A DNA stretch of 64,000 bases from Octopus bimaculoides (GCF_001194135.2 NC_068986.1:46512977-46576976), one strand, 5' to 3'; positions 12,843 through 26,833 are shown, numbered from the stretch's first letter. Numbers and translations are program-made. The notes: generated from the letters alone by a model not told the origin.

Positions 12843-13273
12843 TAGTGACGTGAGATGAGATTCAGGTACAACATGAATATGAGACAGAATAGGATAAAAG
12901 AGGAGCAAAGGTGGATGTGTAGATAAGTGCACTGAGTGAAAATGTGACACAAGATTAGGGAGGGAGTGAGTTAGATGCAGAGGATACATGTGATATCCAA
13001 ATACTACACAATCTACTATTTTGCCTTGTTTCTTTTCTTTTCCCTCTTGTTTTTCTTCAATTCATCTTTTATGACTTACGTACCTTTTCAATTTCTGCAG
13101 TGTTTTAATCCTTCAACAGTGGCATCCATTTGACGGGTTATAACTGTCAAGTGATAATATCAAACAACTTAGATATTTAGCAGCCAAATAATTTTCACCT
13201 TAAAACGCATTTTAATATGCTGGCTATTTGAAATGTTTTGAAAAAATTTTATCCCATATTTTGAATATATATA

Positions 13274-13309
<36 letters not shown>

Positions 13310-14344
13310 TATATATTTTTATATATATATAAAGATGACCAGTAAAGTGGACATTTAATGTGCTAGAAATAGACCACATGTTGTGTCTACTAAGACCTAA
13401 TAGTTCTCAAAATAAATTCAGCGAAATACCAAACCGTAAGCGAGAAAGACAGTGAAAAATTACATACATAAAATTAAAACCAACTTCACAGCAAGAAGTG
13501 CTAATGAGGATAGCAGCATCAAATGTCAAGTTCTNNNNNNNNNNNNNNNNNNNNNNNNNNNNNNNNNNNNNNNNNNNNNNNNNNNNNNNNNNNNNNNNNN
13601 NNNNNNNNNNNNNNNNNNNNNNNNNNNNNNNNNNNNNNNNNNNNNNNNNNNNNNNNNNNNNNNNNNNNNNNNNNNNNNNNNNNNNNNNNNNNNNNNNNNN
13701 NNNNNNNNNNNNNNNNNNNNNNNNNNNNNNNNNNNNNNNNNNNNNNNNNNNNNNNNNNNNNNNNNNNNNNNNNNNNNNNNNNNNNNNNNNNNNNNNNNNN
13801 NNNNNNNNNNNNNNNNNNNNNNNNNNNNNNNNNNNNNNNNNNNNNNNNNNNNNNNNNNNNNNNNNNNNNNNNNNNNNNNNNNNNNNNNNNNNNNNNNNNN
13901 NNNNNNNNNNNNNNNNNNNNNNNNNNNNNNNNNNNNNNNNNNNNNNNNNNNNNNNNNNNNNNNNNNNNNNNNNNNNNNNNNNNNNNNNNNNNNNNNNNNN
14001 NNNNNNNNNNNNNNNNNNNNNNNNNNNNNNNNNNNNNNNNNNNNNNNNNNNNNNNNNNNNNNNNNNNNNNNNNNNNNNNNNNNNNNNNNNNNNNNNNNNN
14101 NNNNNNNNNNNNNNNNNNNNNNNNNNNNNNNNNNNNNNNNNNNNNNNNNNNNNNNNNNNNNNNNNNNNNNNNNNNNNNNNNNNNNNNNNNNNNNNNNNNN
14201 NNNNNNNNNNNNNNNNNNNNNNNNNNNNNNNNNNNNNNNNNNNNNNNNNNNNNNNNNNNNNNNNNNNNNNNNNNNNNNNNNNNNNNNNNNNNNNNNNNNN
14301 NNNNNNNNNNNNNNNNNNNNNNNNNNNNNNNNNNNNNNNNNNNN

Positions 14345-14643
14345 GCTAGAATGGGTTGGATGATTTGACTGAGGACTGGTGAACTAGATGGCTACACCAG
14401 GCTCCAGTCTGATTTGGCAGAGTTTCTACAGCTGGATGCCTTTCCTAACGCCAACCACTCCGAGAATGTAGTGGGTGCTTTTACGTGCCACCAGCACGAA
14501 GGCCAGTCAGGCGGTACTGGCAATGGCCACGCTCAAAATGGTGTATTTTACATGCCACCTGCACAGGAGCCAGTCCAGCGGCACTGGCAACGATCTAGCT
14601 CAAATGTTTTTACAAGTGCCAGGAAGGTGATGCTGGGCACAGG

Positions 14644-14650
<7 letters not shown>
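14345..14650 (-). mobile_element. RTE-tail-related dispersed repeat
   Basis: Near-identical to 5335-5560 (GATTTGGCAGAGTTTCTAC.GCTGGATGCC...). Confidence 0.75.
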
Positions 14651-14688
<38 letters not shown>

Positions 14689-14760
14689 NNNNNNNNNNNN
14701 NNNNNNNNNNNNNNNNNNNNNNNNNNNNNNNNNNNNNNNNNNNNNNNNNNNNNNNNNNNN

Positions 14761-14803
<43 letters not shown>

Positions 14804-15340
14804 CAGACATATGTACATGCAAAAACACATACATATGTACACGTACACACACATATAGGTTTTATTTTAAATGAATAAAGTTGCTTCACTCACAACATTA
14901 AAGACGTCAACACTAACTTTACAATTTTATTTTCATGCAGAGCATAGCCATTGGTATTGTTCATGAGTAATTATTAAAATTAAGATTGGTTATGGAAACA
15001 GTGCTACATTAATGATTAAATACAATCTATCATCCCTTAGGCTTGTCATCTGTCACATTATGAACTCAATTAGCCCTGATAATCTTGCATTCTTTTTCTT
15101 TCTTTCTATTTCTCACTGTCACTTTATCCTACTCCCTTGCTCTCTGTATCTCTCTCTCTTTCACTCTTTCTCTCACTCTTTCCCTGTCTGTGCATTTAAT
15201 ATTTTGCCATGATTGGACATGTTTTCTTGGAAGATTGGAAATGAAAGACGTAGCAGATATGACATTGTGACATTCACTTATAATTACTACACGATGTTAA
15301 GACAAGAAGGAAAATGACAACACATACATGCACAACACAT

Positions 15341-15390
<50 letters not shown>

Positions 15391-15577
15391 ATTAGGACAC
15401 ATTCAATTTCATCTACCAAATCCATTTACAAGCCTTTGGTTAAGCTTGGACTATCATAGAAGACACTTGCCTAAGATGACAGGCAGTGAGATTGAGCTTG
15501 AGACGTTGAGCTCCTGAATCACACAGACATGCCTATGGTTGGGCATACATGTACATAAATATTTAAATATATATCAT

Positions 15578-15608
<31 letters not shown>

Positions 15609-15760
15609 CATGCCTGCCTTTCCTGATGGATGGGTTGTGCCGTTTGGTAGGATCTGACTGATCAGAGGATCATGTCATGCACCAGTGGTTCAACACCTGC
15701 AACAGAATGCCCTTCCTAATGATATATATATGGTTATCTCTCTCTCTCTCTCTTTCTCTT

Positions 15761-15791
<31 letters not shown>

Positions 15792-15838
15792 GACTAATGG
15801 CCACAACCCTAGGGCAGAATGTGCAAAAGAATAAAAGA

Positions 15839-15876
<38 letters not shown>

Positions 15877-15934
15877 ATACATATCTGTATGAATATATTA
15901 ACGTATGTGTATGTATACAAACACATGCACATAT

Positions 15935-16094
15935 ATGTTGAAAGATTTAGTCGAACAAATTAACCCTACTACTTATTTTTAAAACTGGTACTTATTCTAT
16001 TGGTCCGCTTTGCTAAACAGCTAAGTAACAGGGATGTAAACAAAACAACACTGGTTGTCAAGCAGTGATGGAGGACAAACACAGACATACACAT

Positions 16095-16127
<33 letters not shown>

Positions 16128-16275
16128 TACAACAGGTTTCTTTCAGTTTCTGTCTACCAAATCCACTCAGAAGGCTTTAGTCAACCCAGCTCGTTAGTAG
16201 ATGTCACGCAATAGGTTTGAGCCCAGAACAATATGGTTAGGAAGCAAACTTCTTATCACACATCCACACCTGCAC
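15935..16275 (-). mobile_element. tRNA-derived SINE copy
   Basis: Same family as 1697-2086. Confidence 0.7.
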
Positions 16276-16899
16276 ACACACACACACACACACACAAGTA
16301 TATATGTATATCTTGGAAAACAAAACTATATTCACATTTGATCTTTTTTTGTGAAGGATTTCTCATATTTCCTTATTAGTCCTTTAGGTTCAGTTTGGAA
16401 ATGTAAGTTTCCTGTATCTATTAGCCTGACATATTGTAACTTATGATTTAACCCCCACAACATTAATCTAACCTAGTCATATCTCTTGCCACTCATATAG
16501 ATATGCCTAATGGTTATAGGCACTGTTTTCTTTCTTTTAAATAGATTTATAAAAATCAAAGTCAGTGTATATTGTAACTCAGTTTCTTAGGTTTTGAAGA
16601 TCATTGAATCTGAAAGTGTTTGATTAAAATATATACATTATATGTAATTAAAGTTTGTGAATACTATGTAATTTCATTTTCAGTGTGCTCTAAAAATAGT
16701 TCAAAATCATAGAAATATTGTGTTAAATCAAATGTTTTACAATATTTTGGAAACTTATTCAAAGTAAAAGCCATCTTTCTGTTAATCAGTTGATTTCACA
16801 GATCCCAGTTGTTGTCCTATGAGGTGAAAAACTCATTCACTGAAACTACTCCCTCCCCTTGGCTGATGAGACATTGTGAGCACAGGAAGTAAAGTCATG

Positions 16900-17290
16900 G
16901 ATCAAAACAAGTAATAATTTGAGGAAGATATTTTTCTGCAATTCTAACATGCATAAACAGTGGTTAAGCAAGGTCCAGCTTCCAGAATCTGTCGCCAAAA
17001 ATGGGTGTTTCAAACATAAGGCGATGCTCTGTGTTTGGTGGAATTACAAGGGCATAATTCACTACAAGTTTGTTCTGGACAGTCAAACCATTCATAACAA
17101 TTTTGTACTCTGAACACCTGAAGCAGATGTATGCCTTATGTGGTAAAAATACCTGATATTGGTTAACAGAAAGCAAGCTCTTCTACAAAAAGACAATGCA
17201 AGACCTCATACCACTTAGATGACATGGAATGAACTCCAGGAATTTGAGGGAGCCGAACTGATGCTACACCCAATATATAGTCTGAACCTA
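16900..17290 (+). mobile_element. Mariner transposase remnant
   Basis: KAMLCVWWNYKGIIHY, then KDNARPH and LHPIYSLNL (decayed HPPYSPDL); no TIRs recognised. Confidence 0.8.
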
Positions 17291-18114
17291 GAATTTACCA
17301 AATGCTCCATATCAAAGGAGGTTTCCACAATTCAGTACACCTCATAACACCTTTTTGTACAAAAAGCCACTCCTCCTTCTCCTCTAGGTCAGTCATTCTC
17401 TTCATTTTCTCTTATCCATCACTCATCTTACATGACATCCATAATTCTTTTTTACCATCACCCATCTCTATTACTATTTATCATTCATATCCCTTGACAC
17501 CTGTCATACCATTCTCTATCTGTCAATTGTGATCTTTCTATCTATCTCTCTCTCTTCCTTACTCTCTCTCCTTTCTCTCTCAAACACACACACAGCAGCA
17601 CACCTGTAGCTACCACCATAGTCTTTCTCTCACCACTTCCCCCTCTACTACTTTCTTGTCTGTTTCTCTCACTACACCCTTTCTCTCTCACCTTCTTACA
17701 ATCTATCATTCATTCTCTTTTTCTGGTACCTCTTCTGTCCCTGCTCTCTTTTGTTCACTCTCTCATGTTGTCTTGCATAAATGGAGAAAAGAAAACACAG
17801 TATAGCAAGAATCCTTTAGTATTGTAAGGTACAAGTCTACCTCACTAGCACTGGTGCCATGATAAAATGCACCTAGTGCATTCTGTAAAGTGCTTGGTGC
17901 CAGGAAGGCAATCTAGGTTACAGAAATCACACAAAAAAGAAATAGAGATATGTGAGACCTGGTCCCTAACCTAAGTAAAAAAAGCAATAGCTCTGAATAA
18001 GAATTGACTCAAACTATGACAATCAACTTGACCCATGCCAGCATAGAAACCAGTCATAAAAGGATATTGTTAATGATGATGATTAGGATGATATCTCCCT
18101 GCCTGCCTACTTCT

Positions 18115-18158
<44 letters not shown>

Positions 18159-20019
18159 ACTTACATACGAAGCACATATGCATATACACAAATACATGTA
18201 TGTATATATATATAAAGCAAGAATCCTTTCTTATTGTAAGGTATAAGTCAACCTCACTATATGTATGTATGTATGTATTTGTATTTAGAGGGAAAGAGAG
18301 AGTGAAAGACCAAGAGGTACTCAAACATTTTGACTTCAACCTGGTCCTTATCCTGTCTTTTTGCATGTCATATACTACTGTCAGTTATCAATGGATTCTG
18401 TAGAATGTTACATATGTTTTCTCTATATTTCCTTACTCTCTAATCTATTGTATTGGATGAAATAACTGGCTTCTTTCATCTAATTTATTTACAATTTTGT
18501 TGCATCCAATGATGATTAAATATACTATTAATCTTGCCTACTTGTAGCTTTCCATTTTGTTATTAGCATATTATCTTTCCCTTCAACCTAAGAATAAATG
18601 ATTACAGCTTTAGTACACAAAGTATTTGAGCTAGTTTATGACCAAGAGCAGGCCAACCATAGGCAGGGTTTCTCAAGAAGCAGGCTGCATGAGACATGAC
18701 TCATCATCAAGCAGGTTACACTAATTAAAAAATTCAAGGTAATTTTTCATTCAGAAAGCCCATATGTGGTCTGCAATTTACCAGTAACTAATCCCATGGA
18801 ATAAGATGGCTTCTTTATTAGCAAGGTTTATCAGTAGATCACTGTTTTCAGCATTGAAAAGTAATGAACCAGTTCTCCCTTGGCAGTAAAGGCACTACTT
18901 GAAAGGTAAGTTGTTTTTAATCTGTGGAACATGTTTACAATTACGTTGACTGAAAGTTTTTCAGCCATGAACACAACTCTGTGTTTGTGGTAAGATATAA
19001 ACTGTCAGCCTCTCAGCTGGCTGTCTGGTACTCTATCTTCTTAGCCTTCTATACTCTCATAAGAGAATATAATGCCAATTTATTATGTAAGTAGTATCTG
19101 CTTTTAAATACAAAAGAAAAACTACACTCGAAATTGTATTCATGTTTGTCAACTTAAAAGTAATAATGTCTTTAACACACACACAAAAAAAAAAAAAAAA
19201 GCCTGCTTGATGCAGAATAACTGGATTAAAATTCAGAATAACTCAGTTTAGTAAACACATTGCTATTGAATAAGCATGACTCCAGCATCCGCTTGTAAGC
19301 TGTGATGTCTTGTATATTTTCAGAAATATGTTTCAATGACTATAGATAGTTGTATATTATTCATACATATATTTTTTCTTTTGTTCTTTTACTCGTTTCA
19401 GTCATGATAGTATCTCTACTGATTTTTCTTCTAGAGAAATTTCATCTATACTAACAACCTAGAATGTTTTAAGTCTGTGGTTGTTTCTGCTGTCAACCAT
19501 GTCTTTAAAAGCCAATGAGAAAGCTCTCAGTTAAATTAATAAATTCCAGAGTAACCGTCATTTGAAATTTCTTCAATACCCACAATACTCCTGAACACAC
19601 ATGTACTAATAAGACAAAAGAGTCTTTATTATAATTGTTTGATCTCTGTTAGAAATAACAGCCAAATCTCCTAATCGCCCCCTCCATCACCTTAAATGCA
19701 GAATAATACATTAGATACCTAATATACACAACAGCATCTTATAAAAAAGCAATATATTGTGTAATGTAGTCCAGGACATACTATCCTTGAAAAATAAGAC
19801 AAGATGGTCATGGCTGGAATATCTTTGATCATAGTTCTGCATAATCAGGTTTCATAATAAAACTAAACAACTACTGACTTGAAGCAATTTAAACTAATAT
19901 CAATAGATTCACCACATCCAAGTTTCCAAATTTAGTAGTCTTAGAGAGTTCAAAGAAGCCATTAGGATTGTCTCTCCCCTTTCACATTAACAAATAGAAA
20001 AAATCTAAACTTTCAGGCA

Positions 20020-21425
20020 CAAGTGTAGCTATAGGTGCAACCATAGTTGAGTGTCTGAGAACCACATGGCTTGGGATTTAGTTTTACTGTGTGACTCCTT
20101 AGGGGAAAGTGTATCTATTGGGTTGGAAACTAAGTTCCCACCGTTCTTTTGAATTTTGGAATCTATTTTGTTTTTTTTTTCTAGTTGATTTTAGTTATTT
20201 TTTGTTTATTTTCAGATCATTAAAATGGAATGTCAAGTTAAGAAAAACGAGCATTTTCAACACCTTCTTTTTGCTTTTAATCAAGGTTCTAAGGCCTCAA
20301 AAGCTGCTCACGACATTTGTGCTGTGTATGGAGAGGTAACCATAGCTGAAAGAACCACTCATGATTGGAATGCCAAGTTCAAAAATGGAAATTTTGACCT
20401 CAAAAACGCACCTAGTTCTGGCCATCTAGTTGAGTTCGGTGAAGAGCGATTAAACCAACTTTTGCATGAAAATTCTTGTCAAACGACAAGGGAACTGGCA
20501 GAGAAAATGGAATGCACCCACACTGCTCTAGAGAAGCATCTTCACTCGATGGGAAAGATTCAGAAGTATGGAGCATGGGTTTGGCATGCTGTAAGTGACA
20601 ACGAAAAAATCAATGAGCCACAATCTCTGCTGGTTTACTTGCTCGTCACCACTCAACTCATGGACACAAGCAATGATTTCTTTACCGAATCATTACTGGC
20701 AACGAAAAATGGTGCCTGTACATCAATATGAAGCAGCTTGAGGAATGGCTTAGCCCTGGTAAACAAGTGACACCATGCATGAAACAAGATCTTCATCCGT
20801 GTAAAACAATGTTGTGTGTATAGTGGGACTGGGAAGGGATTATCCATTACAAACTGCTTGAATGGAACCAACCGATCAACATGAAACTCTATGTTCAACG
20901 GATAGAATGACTCAACACGGCTATTCAAGAGAAAAAATCTAATTGACAGCATGGAGTTCTTCTGTTGCATGACAACGCCCACCCTCATATTGCCAATATG
21001 ATCAAGAAAGCCATTCAAATGCATGACTGGGAAGTGCTACCACACCCACTATACTCTCCTGATGCGGCACCAACGGATTTCCACCTCTTTCGATCTTTTT
21101 CAAATGCTATGCGCAGAGTTTCGTTCAGTACTGATGCAGAATTGAGAGCTTGGTTGGATCAATTTTTTGAGTCAAAATCGGGTGATTTCTACCAATGAGG
21201 TATTCAAAATCTTGTTGAACGTTGGGAAGAAGTTGTAAACAACAAAGGTGAATACATTATTGATTGATTTTTATTAAATTTTTTATTAAGCCTTTATTTT
21301 TTATTAAACCTTTAAAAAAATTTAAATCAAAATAAACGGCGGGAACTTAGTTGCCAACCCAATACTATAGTTCCAGATCACCTAAAGCCTTGTGAATAGC
21401 TTTTGTAGATGGAAACTGAAAGAAG
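20020..21425 (+). mobile_element. tRNA-derived SINE split by the mariner insertion (20020-20117 + 21363-21425)
   Basis: Removing the mariner and one TA rejoins AAGTGTATC-TA-CTATAG, matching AAGTGTCTTCTACTATAG in other copies. Confidence 0.85.
20118..21362 (+). mobile_element. Mariner (D,D34D) DNA transposon, full length with TIRs, defective transposase
   Basis: TIRs TTGGGTTGGAAACTAAGTTCCCACCGTT / AACGGCGGGAACTTAGTTGCCAACCCAA, flanked by TA at 20116-17 and 21363-64. Transposase starts at 20225 (MECQVKKNEHF). RIITGNEKW has the first catalytic D changed to N; HDN-x34-D spacing is intact (YSPDAAPTD); frameshifts and stops present. Confidence 0.95.
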
Positions 21426-22168
21426 CTTGTTATGTGTGTGTGTGTGTGTGTGAATGTATATGTTTGTGTCTCTTTATCTTGCCTATGAATATAGTTGTAA
21501 ATGAGAGTTACATTGTCATATGGGCAGTGTCATTATTTCCAATAAACTGTAGAAACATATGTAGCAGTGAGGTGATTATTACCTTACTTGGAAACAGGTA
21601 TCGGTTAGTGACAAGAAGAGCATTTAACCATAGAAAATCTGCCTTGATAAATTCTGATCCATACAAGCATGGAAAAGTAGGTATTATTTTGATGCTGATA
21701 GCTATAACCCCCAAACTATTACTCCAAATATGTTGTTATCGTTTAATTAACATCATATATACGACTCATAAGATTTATTTATAAAAATGATGTGATAACC
21801 ATAAAAAGTGTGGTAGTAATTTTTATAGTAGTATAGAATTACATGAAGTTTTATTCAAGTTTGCAAATGTAATGTAGAACAGCATTATTATTAATCTTGA
21901 CTGTCTTGGTTGAAGCAAGTTGTTTAAACTTTACACATGACATAAAACTGCACATAGGTTTTCTTTGAATTATATACTTTAAATATCAAAATGAAGAATG
22001 AAGATAGCTGTGAAAATATTTAGTATGCTTTGTCATTAGTCACTACAGCGCTATCACTAGTAACTAAAATTTATGTGTAGTTCACTACCAAATGCTTCTG
22101 ACAGTGATTAGGTATGCCAGCAATGTAACACTAAATACAGAAATTACCACACAAAGAAATTAGCATAC

Positions 22169-22261
22169 CGAACAAGAAAGACATCCGTCTTAACATTGAA
22201 GTTAAGATAGCAGCAAAGATTTCCTTCCGGACTTCATGCAGAGTAAAATGATATGAGCAAC
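22169..22261 (-). CDS. Candidate internal exon E5 (phase 1-1): CSYHFTLHEVRKEIFAAILTSMLRRMSFLF
   Basis: gtgttttgtgctag| ... TTCG|gtatgc; 93 nt; phase matches E4. Confidence 0.6.
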
Positions 22262-24253
22262 CTAGCACAAAACACACTTTAAAGGAAAACTTCCAATAAT
22301 CATAGAGATCAAAATGCTAGTTTGACATATATAAATGAAAAGCAAAAAGTGGCAGCATAAAAGAATAAATGGATAATCTTATATTACCCATGTGGTATAG
22401 GGATGTGCAAAAAATCTTAGAGACATATGAAGACAATATATCCAATTTATTACAACTTGACAAAAGCACATTTATCTGAATTAGATAAAACTAAATTTAA
22501 TACAATAAATTCAAATAAAGTATCAATACTTTAAATATATGAAAAATAAAAGTCTGGTAAGTTAATTCACAAAATTTTTCTAAGTCAATCTACCTACTCT
22601 GCATCATAGAAACATTTTCTAATTTTCACAGAAATGCCTTAACCCTTTAACATTTAAACTGGCTAATATCTAGCCCAAATATTCTTCCTGTTTTATTATC
22701 AAACTGGCCAGATCCAGCCTTTCACACCAACCCTCTAGTATCATTCCAAAGAATAAATCACATCTTCAAAATCTGAAAGCTAAGGGATAGTACATAATAA
22801 TTAAAAACAATGTGAATAAATGTGTATAACATTTGATAGAATAAATGCATAGTACATCTGAATGATAAAGGGTTAAATTTTATTGAAAAGATTTACATAC
22901 TTTAAAAGTTGTTCTCACTTAAATTCAAGTGAATTCTAGTTGGAGATTTTAATCACTTTATACCTTTCAGACAATATCTATTTTTACATTGAATTTCAGT
23001 TATGTTTGTATTAAAATATTTCAGTTTTATTTTACCAAAGTTTTAGCTTTAAAAAATACAAAACAAAGAGAAAGAATTTTGAAATCAAAATTGATAGTAT
23101 GTATTTATTTAGAAGGTAGAAAATATGTCACTGAAGAAAAATAACTAAATGTATTATATACTAGTATTATTTACACAGGAACATTGAACAACATAGCAGT
23201 ACATTGAAATACATTTCTTTAAGCTTGTATTTTCATGGTGACACAAGTTCTGTGTATACATATTATTAGCTAGTTCTGTTACAAAAAGTCCATTTTACTT
23301 AACCTGAACCTGGCACAGTATGCACTATTCCTTGATCTATATATCTAAAGTTAACAATATTTAACTCTATTTCCAATATGTGTCTAAAGTAAATTATTTT
23401 CAATATTTCAGGTTTTCTTCTTGTTCAGTCCATCACTTCAATTTTTTAAATTATGACATAATATTGATTTCATATATAGCAACAAAGACAGAATTTTGTG
23501 TGCATATATGTGTGTGTGTGTGTGCGTGTTCGTGCATGCACATGTTTGTGTGTGTGTGCATGTGTGTGTATGTGCATATGGTGGAGAGCTGATTATGTTG
23601 ACCCTGAAAGAAAAGTTAAAATCAGTCTTGGTGAGATTTGAATTCAAGATGTAAAGGATCTTAACTAAATATTGAAAGACACTTCATTTCACACTCTAAC
23701 AAGTCTCCTAATCTGCTGCCTTAAGTACTGACATGATATTGATTTCTTACATAGAAACATGGCTTCAAATTTAAGAAAAGAACATAGTTGACTATATCAA
23801 CACCAGTGTTTGAGTGGTACTTACTTCAACTTCAGAATAACAAATTTGTCCTCAAAGCACAGAGTATGAAATCCACCACTTTGATATGATACTACAAAGA
23901 TCATCTCCATAAAGGTCTTTTATAATTTCTTAGATACCACTTGGCAACTGCATAGAACTACCTTTCTCAGTAAACTTTACAACCTATCTGGCCTAGTGAA
24001 ACTTGTGCTTTTGGTATTCTGTGATCATGATGTTCTCTCTGCTCCATTCTTGAATTACCTAACTTTGGATATATTCTTGCAATAATATTCCTGGTATTGA
24101 TCTTTCCATTGTGCTTTGTGGCATAACCAATCAATTTTCTTCCTTCTTCATAGTATATATATGCACTCACTTACACACACACACACACACACTTATATAG
24201 ACTACACAGACAGAGACACACACCTATGTATGATTATATATAAACATACGTAC

Positions 24254-24338
24254 CACAGTCTGCAAAGTTTCCAGCTACCACTAATAAGGAACTGGTCAAC
24301 ATAAAGTCATCGAACAAATCAGCTGGTCTAGGCGCTAC
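24254..24338 (-). CDS. Candidate internal exon E4 (phase 0-1): VAPRPADLFDDFMLTSSLLVVAGNFADC
   Basis: ctttatcccactag| ... TGTG|gtacgt; 85 nt; locally GC-elevated. Confidence 0.6.
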
Positions 24339-24488
24339 CTAGTGGGATAAAGCCACATGGCTACAATGTGAACTTCTTAACTTATAACCATCTCCCATCA
24401 GCTAGTTATTCATATCCCTTAGTTTAGTAAAAACTGAAACCTTGTAGCTTATTTTCAAACTAACAGAGTTCATAAGAGATAATTTATG

Positions 24489-24525
<37 letters not shown>

Positions 24526-24654
24526 TTACAACATAAAGGAACAGCAGAAACATATTGGATAGGAATTTAATTAGAATAATACTGTAATAAATAAATTTTG
24601 AAGATGTATAATTCTCCATTCTTATTTATAATGTCTAGCGTATATATACATATA

Positions 24655-25030
24655 AGTGCAGACAAGGCTGTGTGGTTATGAAGCTCGCTTTGCAACCAAG
24701 TGACACCAAGTTCAGTAAGAGTCTTCTACTATAGCCCTGGAGTGATCGATTGTTTGTGAGTAAGTTTGGTAGATGGAAATTGTAGGAGAGCCTGTCATAT
24801 ATGTGTGTATGTATATAAGGGTGTGAGTTTTTATATTTGTGTTTGTATCCTCATCATCACCTGACAACTGATGCTGGTTTGTTCATATTCCTGTAAGTTA
24901 GCAGTTCGGCAAAAGGGACCCTAGAATAAAGTACCAGACTTATAAAAGTAAATATTGGGGTTGATTTGTTCAGCTAAATCCTTCAAGGTGGTACTCTAGA
25001 GTGGTCACAGTCCAGTGACTGAAACAAGAT
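24655..25030 (+). mobile_element. tRNA-derived SINE composite copy
   Basis: GGCTGTGTGGTT..AAGCTCGCTT...GTCTTCTACTATAGCC...GTTCGGCAAAAG...CAGTCCAGTGACTGAAACAAG. Confidence 0.7.
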
Positions 25031-25333
25031 AACAGCTATACAAAAGGCACATATGCGTTTGTGTGTGATGCTTGTGAATGTGCATGCAAGTGCATGCATG
25101 TGCATGTGTGTGTGTGTGTGTTTGTAAAAGTAGGTGTATATCAATCATGCAGAAAATCAGAAAAATTTTTAAAAAGCACTTTTAAGTAATACTTTGAAAA
25201 TATTTCAAGTTTTTACTTTATATGATGGCAGTATCCCAGCATGGTCACACTTGAATAACCAAAGACTAAAAAAAAAACAAAAAAAAAAAAAAAAAAAAAA
25301 AAAAAACAATTTTCGATCTTTATATTTTCTGAC

Positions 25334-25434
25334 TTTTAGCCATATTTTGACCAGTCTTATAGGAGATTGATTTATTTTTTTATCTTCTTTATCAAACCGC
25401 TGCAATTTGGAACATTGCCTTATGTCTGCACACC
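25334..25434 (-). CDS. Candidate internal exon E3 (phase 1-0): CADIRQCSKLQRFDKEDKKINQSPIRLVKIWLK; OAS-like helix motif
   Basis: tttctggccttcaacag| ... CTAAAA|gtcaga; 101 nt; LQRF..IRLVKIW resembles OAS LQRDF..LIRLVKHW. Confidence 0.6.
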
Positions 25435-25824
25435 CTGTTGAAGGCCAGAAACAAATTATAGCACTATTATTAAATCACTTATAGAATGCACAGCTGACTG
25501 TTTTTCTAGCTCTTATTTTCATTTAATTATTTAGTATTTGTCTTATTTAATTATTATCTTTTGTTAGAAATGAAAAGTGCTCAATTAGTATCAATAATTA
25601 GATGATAAATATTTGAAATGAAAAACATGTAGTTTATGTATAGCATTGTTATTTATGAAAGTCTCCACAATGCTGCATTGAAAGAAAAAGTAAATGGCAA
25701 TGAATCTCTAAATGGGCAACCTTTTGGAGAAGGCTCACACCATTAAAATAATTGAAGGCAAATTATTGTTGGACATGCCATTCAGAAAGTACTGCAGGCT
25801 GTAGTTTCCCATGACTACTCTATG

Positions 25825-26100
25825 TGGTGGCATGCGGCTTAGTGGTTAGGGTGTATGGAGGTGCATGGTTTAGTGGTTAGAGTGTTAGACTGGTGATTGT
25901 AACATTGTGGTTTCAATTTCTGGATTGGGCAATATAGTTTGTATTCTTGAGCTAAAAACTTCATTTTACATTGCTCTAGTCCACTTGGCTGGCAAAAAAT
26001 GAGTAATCCTGTGATGGACCAGTGTCCCGTCCAGGTGGGGAATATATATGCCATGAAACCAGGAAAGCAGCTCTTATGAGTTGGTATGACTTGAGAAAGT
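25825..26100 (+). mobile_element. tRNA-derived SINE (third family) with duplicated A-box head
   Basis: GCATGCGGCTTAGTGGTTAGGGTG followed by GCATGGTTTAGTGGTTAGAGTG, then GGTTTCAATTTCTGG. Confidence 0.6.
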
Positions 26101-26400
26101 AACTTTACATTTTTTTTATGACTACTCTATGTGTTCACTAGATTTGGCTAAAAATAGTAGCCAAATCTTCCTCAACTCAAAAAAAAATAGGTATTGCTGG
26201 ACATACAAAAATGTAAAATGGTCATAGGTTGAAACACCTTTGATTATAGGTTTGCTTGATCAGAGGAAGAACAAGAACAACAAAAACACTGAGTGAAATA
26301 TAAGTTTAAACTTAAGTTTTAATTGTAAAATGAAAAATTTCAAACAAAACAATAATTGTAAACAATATTAATACCATTATGGTGTATATAATGCCACCAT

Positions 26401-26510
26401 GTGTGGAGGCGCAATGGCTCAGCGGTCATAGGATCGCGGTTTCGATTCCCAGACCGGGCATTGTGAGTGTTTATTGAGCAAAAACACTTAAAGTTTCACG
26501 AGGCTCCGGG
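26401..26510 (+). mobile_element. tRNA-derived SINE head (truncated)
   Basis: GGAGGCGCAATGGCTCAGCGG...GGTTTCGATTCCCAGACCGGG followed by non-tRNA SINE body. Confidence 0.6.
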
Positions 26511-26833
26511 GGATTAACAATGATCAAAAAATGTGAATTAGTTTCACATGATATTGAAATTCCTAGATTAAGGAAAAAATCTGATCTTTGTTGGCATGGT
26601 AACAGCTACATACATGTTTCGGCCTCATTACATCTCATCAACAAAGCATATTCTTCTCATACTTTATTTAACTAGCAGTGGGCAAATTTTTGTGTTTTTA
26701 CATGTACGGAAAAAAAAACCCTCAAAAATTTTTGTCACAATGATACAAATAAGGTAAAGCCAGCCATCATTCCTCAATGAATATGGTGTGGTAATATGTA
26801 GCATTTTTTAACAAATGTTTCAGGTGCCTATAC

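Noticed and set aside
13452-14368. Long ORFs at 13452-14368, 28623-29402, 32940-33396, 33628-35220 and 48720-49111
   Set aside because: They are open only because they cross N gaps and microsatellites.
26401-26460. tRNA-like A/B boxes
   Set aside because: No complete cloverleaf; continues into SINE body.
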